Made by a program: the position numbers and the translations under genes
Shown: one piece after another, positions 1-8,785 of the stretch
How the letters are laid out: each line of letters begins with the position of its first letter
Position numbering within the stretch: position 1 is the first letter of the stretch
The notes under the pieces: generated by a model
The model's database searches: none
What the model was told of the DNA's origin: nothing
What the model saw: the letters and a program-made list of their open reading frames with translations, nothing else
Assembly (NCBI GenBank): GCA_963717145.1
Contig: OY970325.1
Coordinates: 5,219,248-5,283,247 of the forward strand
Reading direction: 5' to 3'
Length of the DNA stretch: 64,000 nt
Source of the DNA: an uncultured Armatimonadetes bacterium
GTDB lineage: Bacteria; Armatimonadota; UBA5829; DTJY01

Positions 1-268
1 GATAGTCTCGCATCCATTCGCCTACAACGTACCTTGGGCAAGCTACCTGGTTACCAACGGGAAAGAAACCAAGACATTGACGGCGGCTTCTGGTTACGGG
101 GCAGGTTGGCTGAACTCCTACGGGTACTTCTGGTGCGAGCAGGGAATCTGTGATTTCGGTTTGGAGGAGGATTGGGCGTCAGTCCAAGAGTGGTACCCGG
201 GACACGGCTACTGGGTCGAGACTTATGTTGACGGGCTGGCTCTGATCGCGCCGAGAGTCGATCCATAG
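1..268 (+). CDS. Partial CDS (3' end) of a hypothetical protein; the frame is open from the window edge to the stop at 266-268
   Basis: Continuous reading frame from position 2 to the TAG. No recognisable domain. Confidence 0.3.
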   Translation, partial: IVSHPFAYNVPWASYLVTNGKETKTLTAASGYGAGWLNSYGYFWCEQGICDFGLEEDWASVQEWYPGHGYWVETYVDGLALIAPRVDP

Positions 269-528
269 GCCTGGACCAGGAGTGGATGGGCTAGACCGAA
301 TGCGGGCAGAGGCACAGCGGAGTTGCCTCTGCCCTTTGTTATGTGCTGGGAGTCAGCGTTACATTGGAGTTCAGACCTCCTGCCTGTCGGGACGCCGCCC
401 GTCGCCTTGCGAGAAGCCCGATAGCGAATGGGGGTATGCCGGGGGATGATTGCACGGCGGGCGTGTCGAATCTATCCGTGCGATGCGCTCTGCCACTGAC
501 ACAGCCGCCGAGGGGGACGCGAGGAGAG

Positions 529-2499
529 ATGGGGGGAGGAGAGACGCCGGGAGGATGCCACGGTCTGTCGCTCAGGGGCGTGATCGTCGGGCTCGTCATG
601 GTGGTCGTGATATGCCTGCTGGTCTCCTACGCCGAACTGGTCACCGCCGTCATCCTCGTCGGCTCGCAGCAGATGCCGCCCGCGGTCGTCGCCGTGTTCA
701 TGGTGATCGTGCTGATGAACGCGGGATTGAGCCGCCTGAAGAGGAGCCTCGGTCTCAGTCCCGCCGACCTCGTGACGGTCTACTGCATGATGCTGATCGC
801 CGCCATGATCTCCGCCAGGGGGATCGTCGAGAAGCTGCTGACGATGCTGGTGACCGCCAACTACTTCGCCGACCCGACGAACCGCTGGCAGGAGCTGTTC
901 TTCCCGCACATCAAGAAGTGGCTGGTCGCGTTCGATCCCGCCGGCGATCCGAAGCAGTTCGTGGCCACGCGCTTCTTCGAGGGACTCAGGGCGGGGGAGC
1001 ATATCCCATGGGGCTTGTGGATCGTCCCGCTCGCGGCGTGGGGAGCGCTCTGCCTGATGGTGCTCTTCGCATTCCTCTGTCTCGCCTCGATCCTCAGGCG
1101 GCAGTGGGTCGATAACGAGAAGCTCCCGTTCCCGCTCGTCCAGCCGTCGCTCGAACTGATCCGCGACTCGGTCACCGGCGGCTCGGTTCTGCGCAACAAG
1201 CCGCTCTGGATCGGGTTCAGCCTGCCGGTCGTGGTGTACGCGATCAACGGACTGCACAACTGGTATCCCAACCTCCCGATGATGCCGGTCGCGCAGAGCC
1301 TCGACTTCTTCACGAGCCCGCCCTGGAACGCCTGGGGTGGGGCGCGGATGTACTTCTCCTTCGCGGCGATCGGGTTCTGCTTCCTGCTGCCGATGGAGAT
1401 GCTCTTCTCGCTCTGGTTCTTCTACATGTTCTCGAAGCTGCAGGCGGTCATCGCGACGTCGTTCGGCATGGAGATGCAGGGCATGCCGATGTATCCGTGT
1501 AGCCAGATGATCGGCTATCAGACCGCGGGCGCATACATCGTGCTGGCGATCTACATGCTCTACACCGCGCGTCCGCACCTCAAGCGAGTCCTCCGCGCCG
1601 CGATGGGCAGGGAGCAGGTCGATGACTCGCGGGAACTGATGCCGTGTCGGACGGCGGTCTGGGGGCTCGCGCTCTCCTTCGTGCTGATCGTGGCGTGGTG
1701 CTGTCTCGCGGGGATGTCGCTCTGGGTCGCGGTCGGGCTGATGGGCATCTTCATCTTCGTGGTGGCGCTCGTGATGACCCGAGCCACCGCCGAGGCGGGC
1801 CTATTCATGACGGAGGTGTCGTGGCGGCCGATCGACCTCTATCGGATGTTCGCGCCGGTCAGCGCGCTCGGTCCGGCGAACATCACGATGCTCACGTTCA
1901 TGGACGCGGGCTTCATGCGCGATCAGCGGGGACTCGTGCTGACCGGGATCATGGACGCGCTCAAGATGACGGACAGCGCGAAGATCCGCAGCCGATCGTT
2001 CCTTCCCGGCCTGATCGCGGCGATCGTTCTGGCGCTCCTGGTGGCGGGCGCGGCACACGTCTGGCTGCCATACAAGTTCGCGGGGCTGACGATGTACTGG
2101 TATCCGTATCGCGGGAACAACCTGTGGGCGATGTGGGACTACCAGGGGCACATCACCGGGATGACGCGCGATCTGGGACGGCAGGCGTCGGCGTTCTTCG
2201 GGGTCGGGGTGGTGGTCACGATCCTGCTCTCGTACATGCGGGCGGCGTTCTACTGGTGGCCGCTTCATCCACTCGGGTACGCGCTCTGCGGCTCGTGGAG
2301 CATGGTCGTCCTGTGGTTCTCATGCGCGTTCGTATGGATCGTGAAGGGCTTCCTGTTGCGCTACGGGGGGATGCGCATGTATATTAGGGCGAGGCCGGTG
2401 TTCATCGGGATGATGCTCGGGGAGTTCTTCATGGCGGCGCTCTGGACGCTCATCAGCGCGACGACCGGCGCGCCCGTCCCGGAGTTCCCCTGGCCGTAA
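529..2499 (+). CDS. Large polytopic membrane protein, paralog 1 of a three-member family in this window
   Basis: ORF 343-2499 has many hydrophobic helices. Shared motifs with the ORFs at 25793 and 50822 include ILRRQWVDNEKLPFP, WFFY, FHPLGYAL and LRYGG. Start is uncertain (Met at 436 or 529). Confidence 0.6.
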   Translation: MGGGETPGGCHGLSLRGVIVGLVMVVVICLLVSYAELVTAVILVGSQQMPPAVVAVFMVIVLMNAGLSRLKRSLGLSPADLVTVYCMMLIAAMISARGIVEKLLTMLVTANYFADPTNRWQELFFPHIKKWLVAFDPAGDPKQFVATRFFEGLRAGEHIPWGLWIVPLAAWGALCLMVLFAFLCLASILRRQWVDNEKLPFPLVQPSLELIRDSVTGGSVLRNKPLWIGFSLPVVVYAINGLHNWYPNLPMMPVAQSLDFFTSPPWNAWGGARMYFSFAAIGFCFLLPMEMLFSLWFFYMFSKLQAVIATSFGMEMQGMPMYPCSQMIGYQTAGAYIVLAIYMLYTARPHLKRVLRAAMGREQVDDSRELMPCRTAVWGLALSFVLIVAWCCLAGMSLWVAVGLMGIFIFVVALVMTRATAEAGLFMTEVSWRPIDLYRMFAPVSALGPANITMLTFMDAGFMRDQRGLVLTGIMDALKMTDSAKIRSRSFLPGLIAAIVLALLVAGAAHVWLPYKFAGLTMYWYPYRGNNLWAMWDYQGHITGMTRDLGRQASAFFGVGVVVTILLSYMRAAFYWWPLHPLGYALCGSWSMVVLWFSCAFVWIVKGFLLRYGGMRMYIRARPVFIGMMLGEFFMAALWTLISATTGAPVPEFPWP

Positions 2500-2530
2500 A
2501 AAGTAGGGAACGTGCCGCCGTGCCGTTCCG

Positions 2531-2810
2531 CAGCCAAGATGTCCCCCTTACGAAGGGGGACCGGCCTCTGGGCCGAGGGGGTTTCCGCGTGTGGGTGCGC
2601 ATACAAACCTCCCCCGGCCTGCTGGCCGGCCCCTCCTTCGTAAGGAGGGGCGCAGACGGCTTCCGGGCCGAGGGGGTTGCCGCGCGCGGGTCCACGAAAC
2701 GGAACCGCCAAGACGCCAAGGACGCCAAGCGAACCTCCCCCGGCCTGCTGGCCGGCCCCTCCTTCGTAAGGAGGGGCGCAGACGGCCTGCTGGCCGAGGA
2801 GGTTTCAACA
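2531..2810. repeat. Cluster of three REP-like hairpin elements (family A: GGCCGGCCCCTCCTTCGTAAGGAGGGGC plus GAAACCTCCCCCGGCCTGCTGGCC)
   Basis: Near-identical copies at 2609-2680 and 2734-2810, plus a variant at 2531-2592. The same element occurs in inverted orientation at 7258-7309 and 7715-7770. Confidence 0.8.
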
Positions 2811-4960
2811 TGCGACAGATCGACTACAAGACATATCTCGACAAAGTGTACGGATGCTGGATCGGCAAGTGCGTCGCCGGCACGATCGGCGCTCCCTATG
2901 AAGGCGCGAAGGAGCTGTTCGACTTCGAGTACGACCCGAAGCTGATCGAGAAGATGCTCCCGAACGACGACCTCGACCTCCAGGTGCTCTGGCTGTCCGT
3001 CTTGGAAGAGAAAGGGATCGCCTTCACCTCCGACGACCTCGCCGATGCGTTCCTCAACAGGTGCAAGTACGCGCCCGGGGAGTACGCCTTCTTCAAGAAG
3101 AACTATGCCAGAGGCATCCATCCGCCGCTGAGTGGCGCGTACAACAACCGCTACTACATCGAGGGAATGGGCTGCCCGATCCGCTCCGAGGTATGGGCCT
3201 GCATCGCTCCCGGCAACCCGCAACTCGCCGCCGAACTCGCGGCGAAGGACGGGGTGCTCGATCACGCGGGGAACTCGGTCTACGCCGAGCAGTTCCTCGC
3301 CGCACTCGAGGCCGCCGCGTTCTTCGAGAGCGACATCGGGAAGCTCGTCGAGATCGGACTCAGTGTGATCCCCGAGGACTCGAAGATCGCCGGCCTGATC
3401 CGCGACGTCCGCGACTGGTGCCAGCTTGTGGGAGACGACTCGGGAGCGACTGTAGGGGCGTGCCTTGTGCCGCCTGTGACCGTCGACCAGGCGGCACAAG
3501 GCACGCCCCTACAGTCGCCTGTGACCGTCGACCAGGCGGCACAAGGCACGCCCCTACAGTCGCCTGCCGTAAGTGAGGACACCGGCGCTCCGGACTGGCG
3601 GTATGTCCGAAGCCAAATCCTGCGGAAGTACGGCCATCCGGACTGCACGAACATGTACCAGAACATGGGGATCACGCTCCTGGCGCTCTTCCTGGGAAGG
3701 GACTTCCTCGACACGACCATGATGGCGCTCAACTGCGGGTTCGACACCGACTGCACCTGCGCGACCGCCGGCTCGGTGCTCGGCATCATCCAGGGCGCGG
3801 AGTACCTGAGCACGACGCACGAGTTCCCCGAGCAGCGCTTCAAGCTCGGAGTCGATGCGCCTCGCCGATCCGACCGCGTCCTCGATCTGGCCGAGGATAC
3901 GTGCCTGATGGGCCTCCATTTCGCCGAGTACTTGAACAGGGATGTGGCGATCATTGACGCGCCGAAGCCGCCTCAAATCGAGCGGCCGGAGTACGAAACG
4001 GTCAAGGTCTCGATCGATTACCAGGGAGTCCCGGCGATGGGCATCGGTGAGACGCGAAAGATCAAGATTCTGTTTGACAACGAGCGCGTCAGCCCAGTCG
4101 GGATAGCGGTCTCCCTGACCGTCCCTGATGGCTGGGACGTATCCCCGACCTCCGCCGATCTGCTTCTCGATCCCGGCGTCAACTCCTGGGAGATCGAGGT
4201 GACCGTTCCGGCGGATATTCCGGTGCTGGATGAGCGGAACATGTTCGAGTTGGGATTCGATTCTTCCGCCGAGAGACCGGAAACCCCTCCCCAGCCCTCC
4301 CCGCAACGGAGAGGGAATCGCACTCTCTGCCCCCTCTCCGTTGCGGGGAGGGCTGGGGAGGGGTTTCCGGCTCGCTACCCATTCGGCATCGTCGGGGCGT
4401 CGGTGTGGGAAGTCTTCGGTCCATTCTGGCAGAACATCGGGCTCATCTCAGAGGGTACCAAGGACGAGATGGCGGATGTCGGCCGGATATACCACCTCAA
4501 CACGCGCGTCGATCCCGACCGGGAGTACATGACGCTCGACGAGATTCTCGGGCCGAAGATCACCGGCGACGCGGCGAAGGAAGGGCAGGTCGTCTGCTTC
4601 GGCGAGGACCTGATGTCGATGTCGGACGCGGTCGGATTCCAGGGGCCGTGCGCGGTGTATATGGTGCGGCGGATGATCTCGCCGGAGGACCGAACGCTCG
4701 GGGTGCTCGTCGGCCATACGGACGCGTACAAGCTGTGGATCAATGGGGAACTGATCAGCCGGCGGGACGACGTCGATTGGTGGACCGCCGAGAACGCGCA
4801 CATCCACGGGGTGAAGATCAACAAGGGCGAGAACATGATCGTCCTGCAGATGATCCGGCGCAGTTCCGAGGCGAAACTGAGCATCCTCTTCGTGAAGCGC
4901 GGCTCATGCTCCGAGCACTACTACGACTTCGCGTCGGTGAACCCGCGGCTCAGGGAGTAA
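2810..4960 (+). CDS. ADP-ribosylglycohydrolase family protein with a C-terminal beta-rich extension. Carries in-frame palindromic insertions.
   Basis: N-terminal GCWIGKCVAGTIGAPYEG and later GFDTDCTCATAGSVLG match the two conserved ADP-ribosylglycohydrolase metal-binding motifs. The caller ORF began at 2591 inside REP repeats. RBS-spaced ATG at 2810 (MRQIDYK). Confidence 0.6.
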   Translation: MRQIDYKTYLDKVYGCWIGKCVAGTIGAPYEGAKELFDFEYDPKLIEKMLPNDDLDLQVLWLSVLEEKGIAFTSDDLADAFLNRCKYAPGEYAFFKKNYARGIHPPLSGAYNNRYYIEGMGCPIRSEVWACIAPGNPQLAAELAAKDGVLDHAGNSVYAEQFLAALEAAAFFESDIGKLVEIGLSVIPEDSKIAGLIRDVRDWCQLVGDDSGATVGACLVPPVTVDQAAQGTPLQSPVTVDQAAQGTPLQSPAVSEDTGAPDWRYVRSQILRKYGHPDCTNMYQNMGITLLALFLGRDFLDTTMMALNCGFDTDCTCATAGSVLGIIQGAEYLSTTHEFPEQRFKLGVDAPRRSDRVLDLAEDTCLMGLHFAEYLNRDVAIIDAPKPPQIERPEYETVKVSIDYQGVPAMGIGETRKIKILFDNERVSPVGIAVSLTVPDGWDVSPTSADLLLDPGVNSWEIEVTVPADIPVLDERNMFELGFDSSAERPETPPQPSPQRRGNRTLCPLSVAGRAGEGFPARYPFGIVGASVWEVFGPFWQNIGLISEGTKDEMADVGRIYHLNTRVDPDREYMTLDEILGPKITGDAAKEGQVVCFGEDLMSMSDAVGFQGPCAVYMVRRMISPEDRTLGVLVGHTDAYKLWINGELISRRDDVDWWTAENAHIHGVKINKGENMIVLQMIRRSSEAKLSILFVKRGSCSEHYYDFASVNPRLRE
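3452..3557. repeat. Two tandem copies of the family B palindromic element (GTAGGGGCGTGCCTTGTGCCGCC ... GGCGGCACAAGGCACGCCCCTAC) inserted in frame in the CDS
   Basis: A 51-bp unit is duplicated in tandem. The frame is preserved and it translates to the repeated peptide PVTVDQAAQGTPLQS. Confidence 0.85.
4277..4370. repeat. About 94-bp perfect-arm palindrome (CCGGAAACCCCTCCCCAGCCCTCCCCGCAACGGAGAGGG ... CCCTCTCCGTTGCGGGGAGGGCTGGGGAGGGGTTTCCGG) inside the same CDS, in frame
   Basis: Inverted repeat read directly from the sequence. ORF 2591-4960 stays open across it. Confidence 0.8.
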
Positions 4961-5054
4961 GGGAGTGTGGGAGTATGGGAGTGTGGGGTATGGGAGTGTG
5001 GGAGTGTGGGAGTCCGGATCGCCCATACTCCCACACTCCCATACTCCCATACTC
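4961..5054. repeat. Hairpin built from GGGAGT/GGGAGTATG hexamer repeats, immediately after the stop codon at 4958-4960
   Basis: GGGAGTGTGGGAGTATGGGAGTGTGGG ... CCCATACTCCCACACTCCCATACTCCCATACTC. Related copy at 6184-6268. Confidence 0.8.
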
Positions 5055-5059
5055 TGCTA

Positions 5060-5959
5060 CTACTCCTCGTCGCCTCTGCCAAAGATGCGGGTCAGGAGGC
5101 CTGGCTTCCGGGGACTCTCGACCTCCGCCGGCTCATCGTCCGGCCAGTGGAGATCGTTCGCGGCTGCATTCAGTCGGCGGAAGAGATCGTCCGCGGATTC
5201 ATCCTGCTCGGTCTTATCCATGGAGTCGGCCTCAGATTGCGGCTTCACAATTGTTACCTGGGCGATCTCGGGTTCAGCCTCAGAGGCGGAGCGCGTCTCT
5301 TCGACCACCTCGGCCTCAACAGCGACCACCTCCTCACCTCGGGCTGACCGGGTCTCCGTGGGTCGAACGTCCCCCAGTGACTCCATGACAGGGGCGGGAG
5401 CGTCCACCGTCTGGGCGGAAGTGGTCTGTGCACTCGGCATCTCGACCGGCTCGGCTTCGACGTGCATCTCGGGCTTCGGCGACTCGACCTGCGGCGGAGA
5501 GGTCACGGGCGTCGTGACCGCGGAGACCTCTTTGGTCGGATCAGCCATTACCGGCCCGCTCGTCGTCCGGAAAATCTCGTCCTGCATCTCGCCGGCAAGC
5601 TCGTGTGTCCGGTGAAAGAGGTCGTTCACCCTGGACATGGTCTCTTCCCACTCGGGAGTGCCGCCGTCTTCGTTCTCCTTGGGGGCAGGCAGCTCCTTCA
5701 CCAGATGCGTGAACTCGGCGGAGAGCGCCAGGTTTGTGTCCTGCATCTGGTGGAGCACCGAACTGGCGCGATGGAGCATATAGTTCAACTCGCGCTGGCG
5801 TTGAAGTAGTTCGGAGGCGATGTGGTTCATCGAGGTCTCGCGAGTGCGGAAGTCCTCGACCTGCTGCTGGAGAAGCTTGCTCCGTTCGGCCAGAACAGCC
5901 TTGTGCTTGAGCGCTCTGAGCAGCTTGTCCTTCATGTTCTCGCTGAAATCTGGTGACAC
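5060..5959 (-). CDS. Hypothetical protein with a coiled-coil N-terminal half and an acidic, low-complexity C-terminal half
   Basis: 299-aa ORF with a coiled-coil-like N-terminus and no obvious stops in the surrounding GC-rich frame. No recognisable catalytic motif. Confidence 0.4.
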   Translation of the reverse strand: MSPDFSENMKDKLLRALKHKAVLAERSKLLQQQVEDFRTRETSMNHIASELLQRQRELNYMLHRASSVLHQMQDTNLALSAEFTHLVKELPAPKENEDGGTPEWEETMSRVNDLFHRTHELAGEMQDEIFRTTSGPVMADPTKEVSAVTTPVTSPPQVESPKPEMHVEAEPVEMPSAQTTSAQTVDAPAPVMESLGDVRPTETRSARGEEVVAVEAEVVEETRSASEAEPEIAQVTIVKPQSEADSMDKTEQDESADDLFRRLNAAANDLHWPDDEPAEVESPRKPGLLTRIFGRGDEE

Positions 5960-6183
5960 GAATCATCCCTCGCTTGGTTCCCTGACGACTCCCGTCGTCG
6001 GGGATACTGGTACTTATACCAGGATTATCGGCGGTTTCGACGGCTTTTCTGAGGCGGCACTGCCAGTTCAAGTTTATCACCATTCTCGGAGGATGTAAAC
6101 AAATGATGCCCGCCGACCCCTCATTCATCTCTACGCGTCACTCGGCCCAGGGGTTCCGGGTGAAGGAATCCGTCGTCCTGGAG

Positions 6184-6268
6184 GAGTATGGGAGTGTGGG
6201 AGAATGGGAGAATGGGAGTGTGGGAGTCCGGAACGCCCATACCCCCATTCTCCCACACCCCCATTCTC
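6184..6268. repeat. Second copy of the GGGAGT-type hexamer-repeat hairpin, just upstream of the RBS of the sugar-binding protein gene
   Basis: GGAGTATGGGAGTGTGGGAGAATGGGAGAATGGGAGTGTGGGAGTCCGGAACGCCCATACCCCCATTCTCCCACACCCCCATTCTC. Confidence 0.8.
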
Positions 6269-6285
6269 TCCCCAGGAGGCATGCC

Positions 6286-7257
6286 ATGAAGAACCTCGCC
6301 AGGTTGCTGGTGATCCTTTCGATACTGACGCTCGTCGGGTGCAGCAAGCAGCCCAAACCATCCGGTCGCATCACGATCGCCGTCATCCCCAAGGGCACGA
6401 TGCACGAGTTCTGGAAGACCGTCCATGCCGGCGCGGTCAAGGCATCGAAGGAACTCGACGTAGATATCATCTGGAAAGGCCCGATGAAGGAGGACGACAG
6501 GGACGCCCAGATTGCGGTCGTCGAGGACTTCATCAGCAAGGGTGTCTCGGGCATCGCGCTCGCCCCCCTCGACGACATGGCGCTCCGAGCACCGGTCGCC
6601 AATGCCACCAGGAGCGGCATCCCGGTCGTGATCTTCGACTCCGGCCTCCAGGGAAGCGACTTCATGAGCTTCGTCGCCACCGACAATCACAAGGGCGGAC
6701 AGATCGCGGGCGACTATATGGCCAAGCTGCTCGGCGACAAGGGCAGCGTCATGATGCTGCGGTACAACGAGGGATCGAACAGCACGATGCAGCGCGAGAA
6801 GGGCTTCCTCGATGCCATCGCCAGACATGCGGGCATCAAGGTCGTCAGTTCGAACCAGTATGGCGGAGTGACCACTGAGAGCGCGTACAAGGCGGGCGAG
6901 AACCTGCTCTCCCGCTTCAAGGACGTTGACGGCATCTTCTGCCCGAACGAGTCGACCACCTTCGGCATGCTCCGCGCGCTTCAGGATGGCGGATATGCCG
7001 GCAAGGTGAAGTTCGTCGGCTTCGACGCGTCCCAGCAGCTCATCGACGGCATGAAGAAGGGGCAGATCGACGGTCTCGTGCTCCAGGACCCGATGTTCAT
7101 GGGCTACATGGCGGTGAAAACCGTCGTCCAGAGCATCCGCGGCGCCCAGGTCGAGAATCGGATCGACACCGGCGCGAAACTCGTCACGCCTGAGAATATG
7201 GATACGCCCGAGATGAAGGCCCTCCTCCGCCCGGACCTCGACAAGTGGCTCAAGTAA
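6286..7257 (+). CDS. Sugar ABC transporter substrate-binding lipoprotein (periplasmic binding protein, ribose/galactose-binding type)
   Basis: AGGAGG RBS followed by ATG at 6286. Lipoprotein signal MKNLARLLVILSILTLVGC. Periplasmic-binding-protein type I motifs (IAVIPKG, GVSGIALAPLD, FDAS). Confidence 0.8.
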   Translation: MKNLARLLVILSILTLVGCSKQPKPSGRITIAVIPKGTMHEFWKTVHAGAVKASKELDVDIIWKGPMKEDDRDAQIAVVEDFISKGVSGIALAPLDDMALRAPVANATRSGIPVVIFDSGLQGSDFMSFVATDNHKGGQIAGDYMAKLLGDKGSVMMLRYNEGSNSTMQREKGFLDAIARHAGIKVVSSNQYGGVTTESAYKAGENLLSRFKDVDGIFCPNESTTFGMLRALQDGGYAGKVKFVGFDASQQLIDGMKKGQIDGLVLQDPMFMGYMAVKTVVQSIRGAQVENRIDTGAKLVTPENMDTPEMKALLRPDLDKWLK

Positions 7258-7309
7258 GCCCCTCCTTACGAAGGAGGGGCCGGCCAGCAGGCCGGGGGAG
7301 GTTTCCGGA
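7258..7309. repeat. Family A REP hairpin (inverted orientation) directly after the stop of the binding-protein gene
   Basis: GCCCCTCCTTACGAAGGAGGGGCCGGCCAGCAGGCCGGGGGAGGTTTCCGG. Confidence 0.8.
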
Positions 7310-7371
7310 TGGGCTGCTGGATGCGCTGCCGCTTGCAGGGGGGTGGCCGGAGGAGGTTAGAGGCTTGACCG

Positions 7372-7769
7372 AGTTGTTCAACCGGAAGACGGTGACCGCC
7401 AGACGTCGAGCACTGCGCGCTATCATGCCCGAGCCGGAAGTCGTCCTGTGGTCCAAGTTGAAGGGCAGGCAGGTGGACGGCGTCAAGTTTCGCAGGCAGT
7501 ACAGTGTCGGTCCGTACATCATCGACTTCTTCGCGCCAAAGGCCAAGCTTGCCATAGAAGTGGATGGCGACACCCATTCTGCGGAGGGGGCTGGTGAGCG
7601 TGATAGACAGAGGCAAGCTTACATTGAGGGTTTTGGCATCCGTGTGCTTCGGTTCACAAACAGGGAGGTTCTGCGCAACTTAGACGGTGTGCTGGTGACG
7701 ATACAACAAGCCATCTGCGAGGCCACGCCGGAAAACCCCCTCGGCCCAGAGGCCGGTCCCCCTTCGTAA
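7372..7769 (+). CDS. DUF559-type endonuclease-domain protein (very-short-patch-repair-like fold)
   Basis: Motifs LWSKLKGRQVDGVKFRRQ, IIDFFAPKAKLAIEVDG, H, RD and GIRVLRFTNREV are typical of DUF559. Start is uncertain (TTG 7372 or ATG 7428). The caller's Met at 7245 lies in the REP. Confidence 0.55.
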
Positions 7770-7770
7770 G
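7715..7770. repeat. Family A-variant REP hairpin overlapping the 3' end of the DUF559 gene
   Basis: CCGGAAAACCCCCTCGGCCCAGAGGCCGGTCCCCCTTCGTAAGGGGGAC. It is the reverse complement of the element at 2531-2592. Confidence 0.75.
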
Positions 7771-7803
7771 GGGGACATCTCGGTTGCGCCAGGTTGTCTT
7801 GAC

Positions 7804-8784
7804 ATGGAGATTTCGCAGTCAGAGACCAGAATGCGCGTCATGCTCACGTGGCTCAACCGGCTCGGGCCGGTGCTCGGGCTCGCGCTGGTCTACGGCCTGT
7901 TCGCGGCGCTCGCAGGTGAGAGCTTCACCGGCGTGCGGAATATGGAGACCATCGCGCGTCAGACCGCAGTCGTCGGGACCGCCGCGCTCGGGATGACGAT
8001 GGTTATCATCGCCGGAGGGATCGATCTCTCGGTCGGCTCGATCATCGCGCTCAGCACAGTCACGATCGCCTCATGCCTTGCGAAGGGCTTCAGCCCGCTC
8101 ACGGCCGCATTCGCCGGAATCATCGCAGGACTGATCTGCGGCCTCATCAACGGTTTCATCATCACCCGCTTGCGAGTCGTGCCGTTTATCGTCACGCTCG
8201 GCACGCTGCTCGCGGTTCGGGGCATCGCCAAAGGATTCGCCCACGAGCAGAAGGTGAACGCGCCGTGGACCTCGCTGAACGACCTGCTCGCCACTCTCCC
8301 TCCCGACAAGCACTGGATGATCGTCCCGCCGGGCGTATGGATCATGCTCATCATGGCGGTCGGGGTGGCGGTGATGCTACGTTACTCGCGATTCGGCAGG
8401 CACGTCTTCGCGATCGGATCGAGCGAGCAGACCTCGAGGCTCTCGGGGATCGATGTGCAGCGGATGAAGCTGATGGTCTATGCCGGGAGCGCCGCCTTCG
8501 CCGGGCTCGCTGGGTTGATGCAGTTCTCGCGCCTGACCGTCGGCGACCCGACCGCCGCGACGGGCCTCGAACTCGATATTATCGCCGCTGTCGTGATCGG
8601 CGGTGGGAGCCTTTCCGGCGGCGAGGGATCGGTGTTCGGGGCGTTGATCGGCGCGCTGATCATGACCGTCATCCGATCCGGATGCTCTCAGATAGGCCTC
8701 GAGAACTGGGTGCAGGAGATCATCACCGGCGGCATCATCGTCGTCGCGGTAGCCCTCGATCGCCTGCGCCACCGGGCGCGGTGA
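7804..8784 (+). CDS. Sugar ABC transporter permease (RbsC/XylH-like, CUT2 family)
   Basis: 326 aa with about 10 TM helices. Carries the conserved permease EAA-like loop region. Typical neighbour of the type I binding protein. Confidence 0.8.
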   Translation: MEISQSETRMRVMLTWLNRLGPVLGLALVYGLFAALAGESFTGVRNMETIARQTAVVGTAALGMTMVIIAGGIDLSVGSIIALSTVTIASCLAKGFSPLTAAFAGIIAGLICGLINGFIITRLRVVPFIVTLGTLLAVRGIAKGFAHEQKVNAPWTSLNDLLATLPPDKHWMIVPPGVWIMLIMAVGVAVMLRYSRFGRHVFAIGSSEQTSRLSGIDVQRMKLMVYAGSAAFAGLAGLMQFSRLTVGDPTAATGLELDIIAAVVIGGGSLSGGEGSVFGALIGALIMTVIRSGCSQIGLENWVQEIITGGIIVVAVALDRLRHRAR

Positions 8785-8785
8785 G

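Noticed and set aside
472-1578. Long antisense ORFs opposite real genes (for example 472-1578, 10799-12169, 17631-18869, 19188-19883, 36159-37760, 39615-41435)
   Set aside because: High GC suppresses stop codons on the opposite strand. Their translations are Arg/Gly/Asp-rich low-complexity sequence with no motifs, whereas the sense frames have clear family signatures.
2591-2809. N-terminal extension of the ADP-ribosylglycohydrolase ORF through the REP cluster
   Set aside because: It is a translation of the palindromic repeats (RPAGRPLLRKEGRR, duplicated). The conserved domain begins right after the ATG at 2810.
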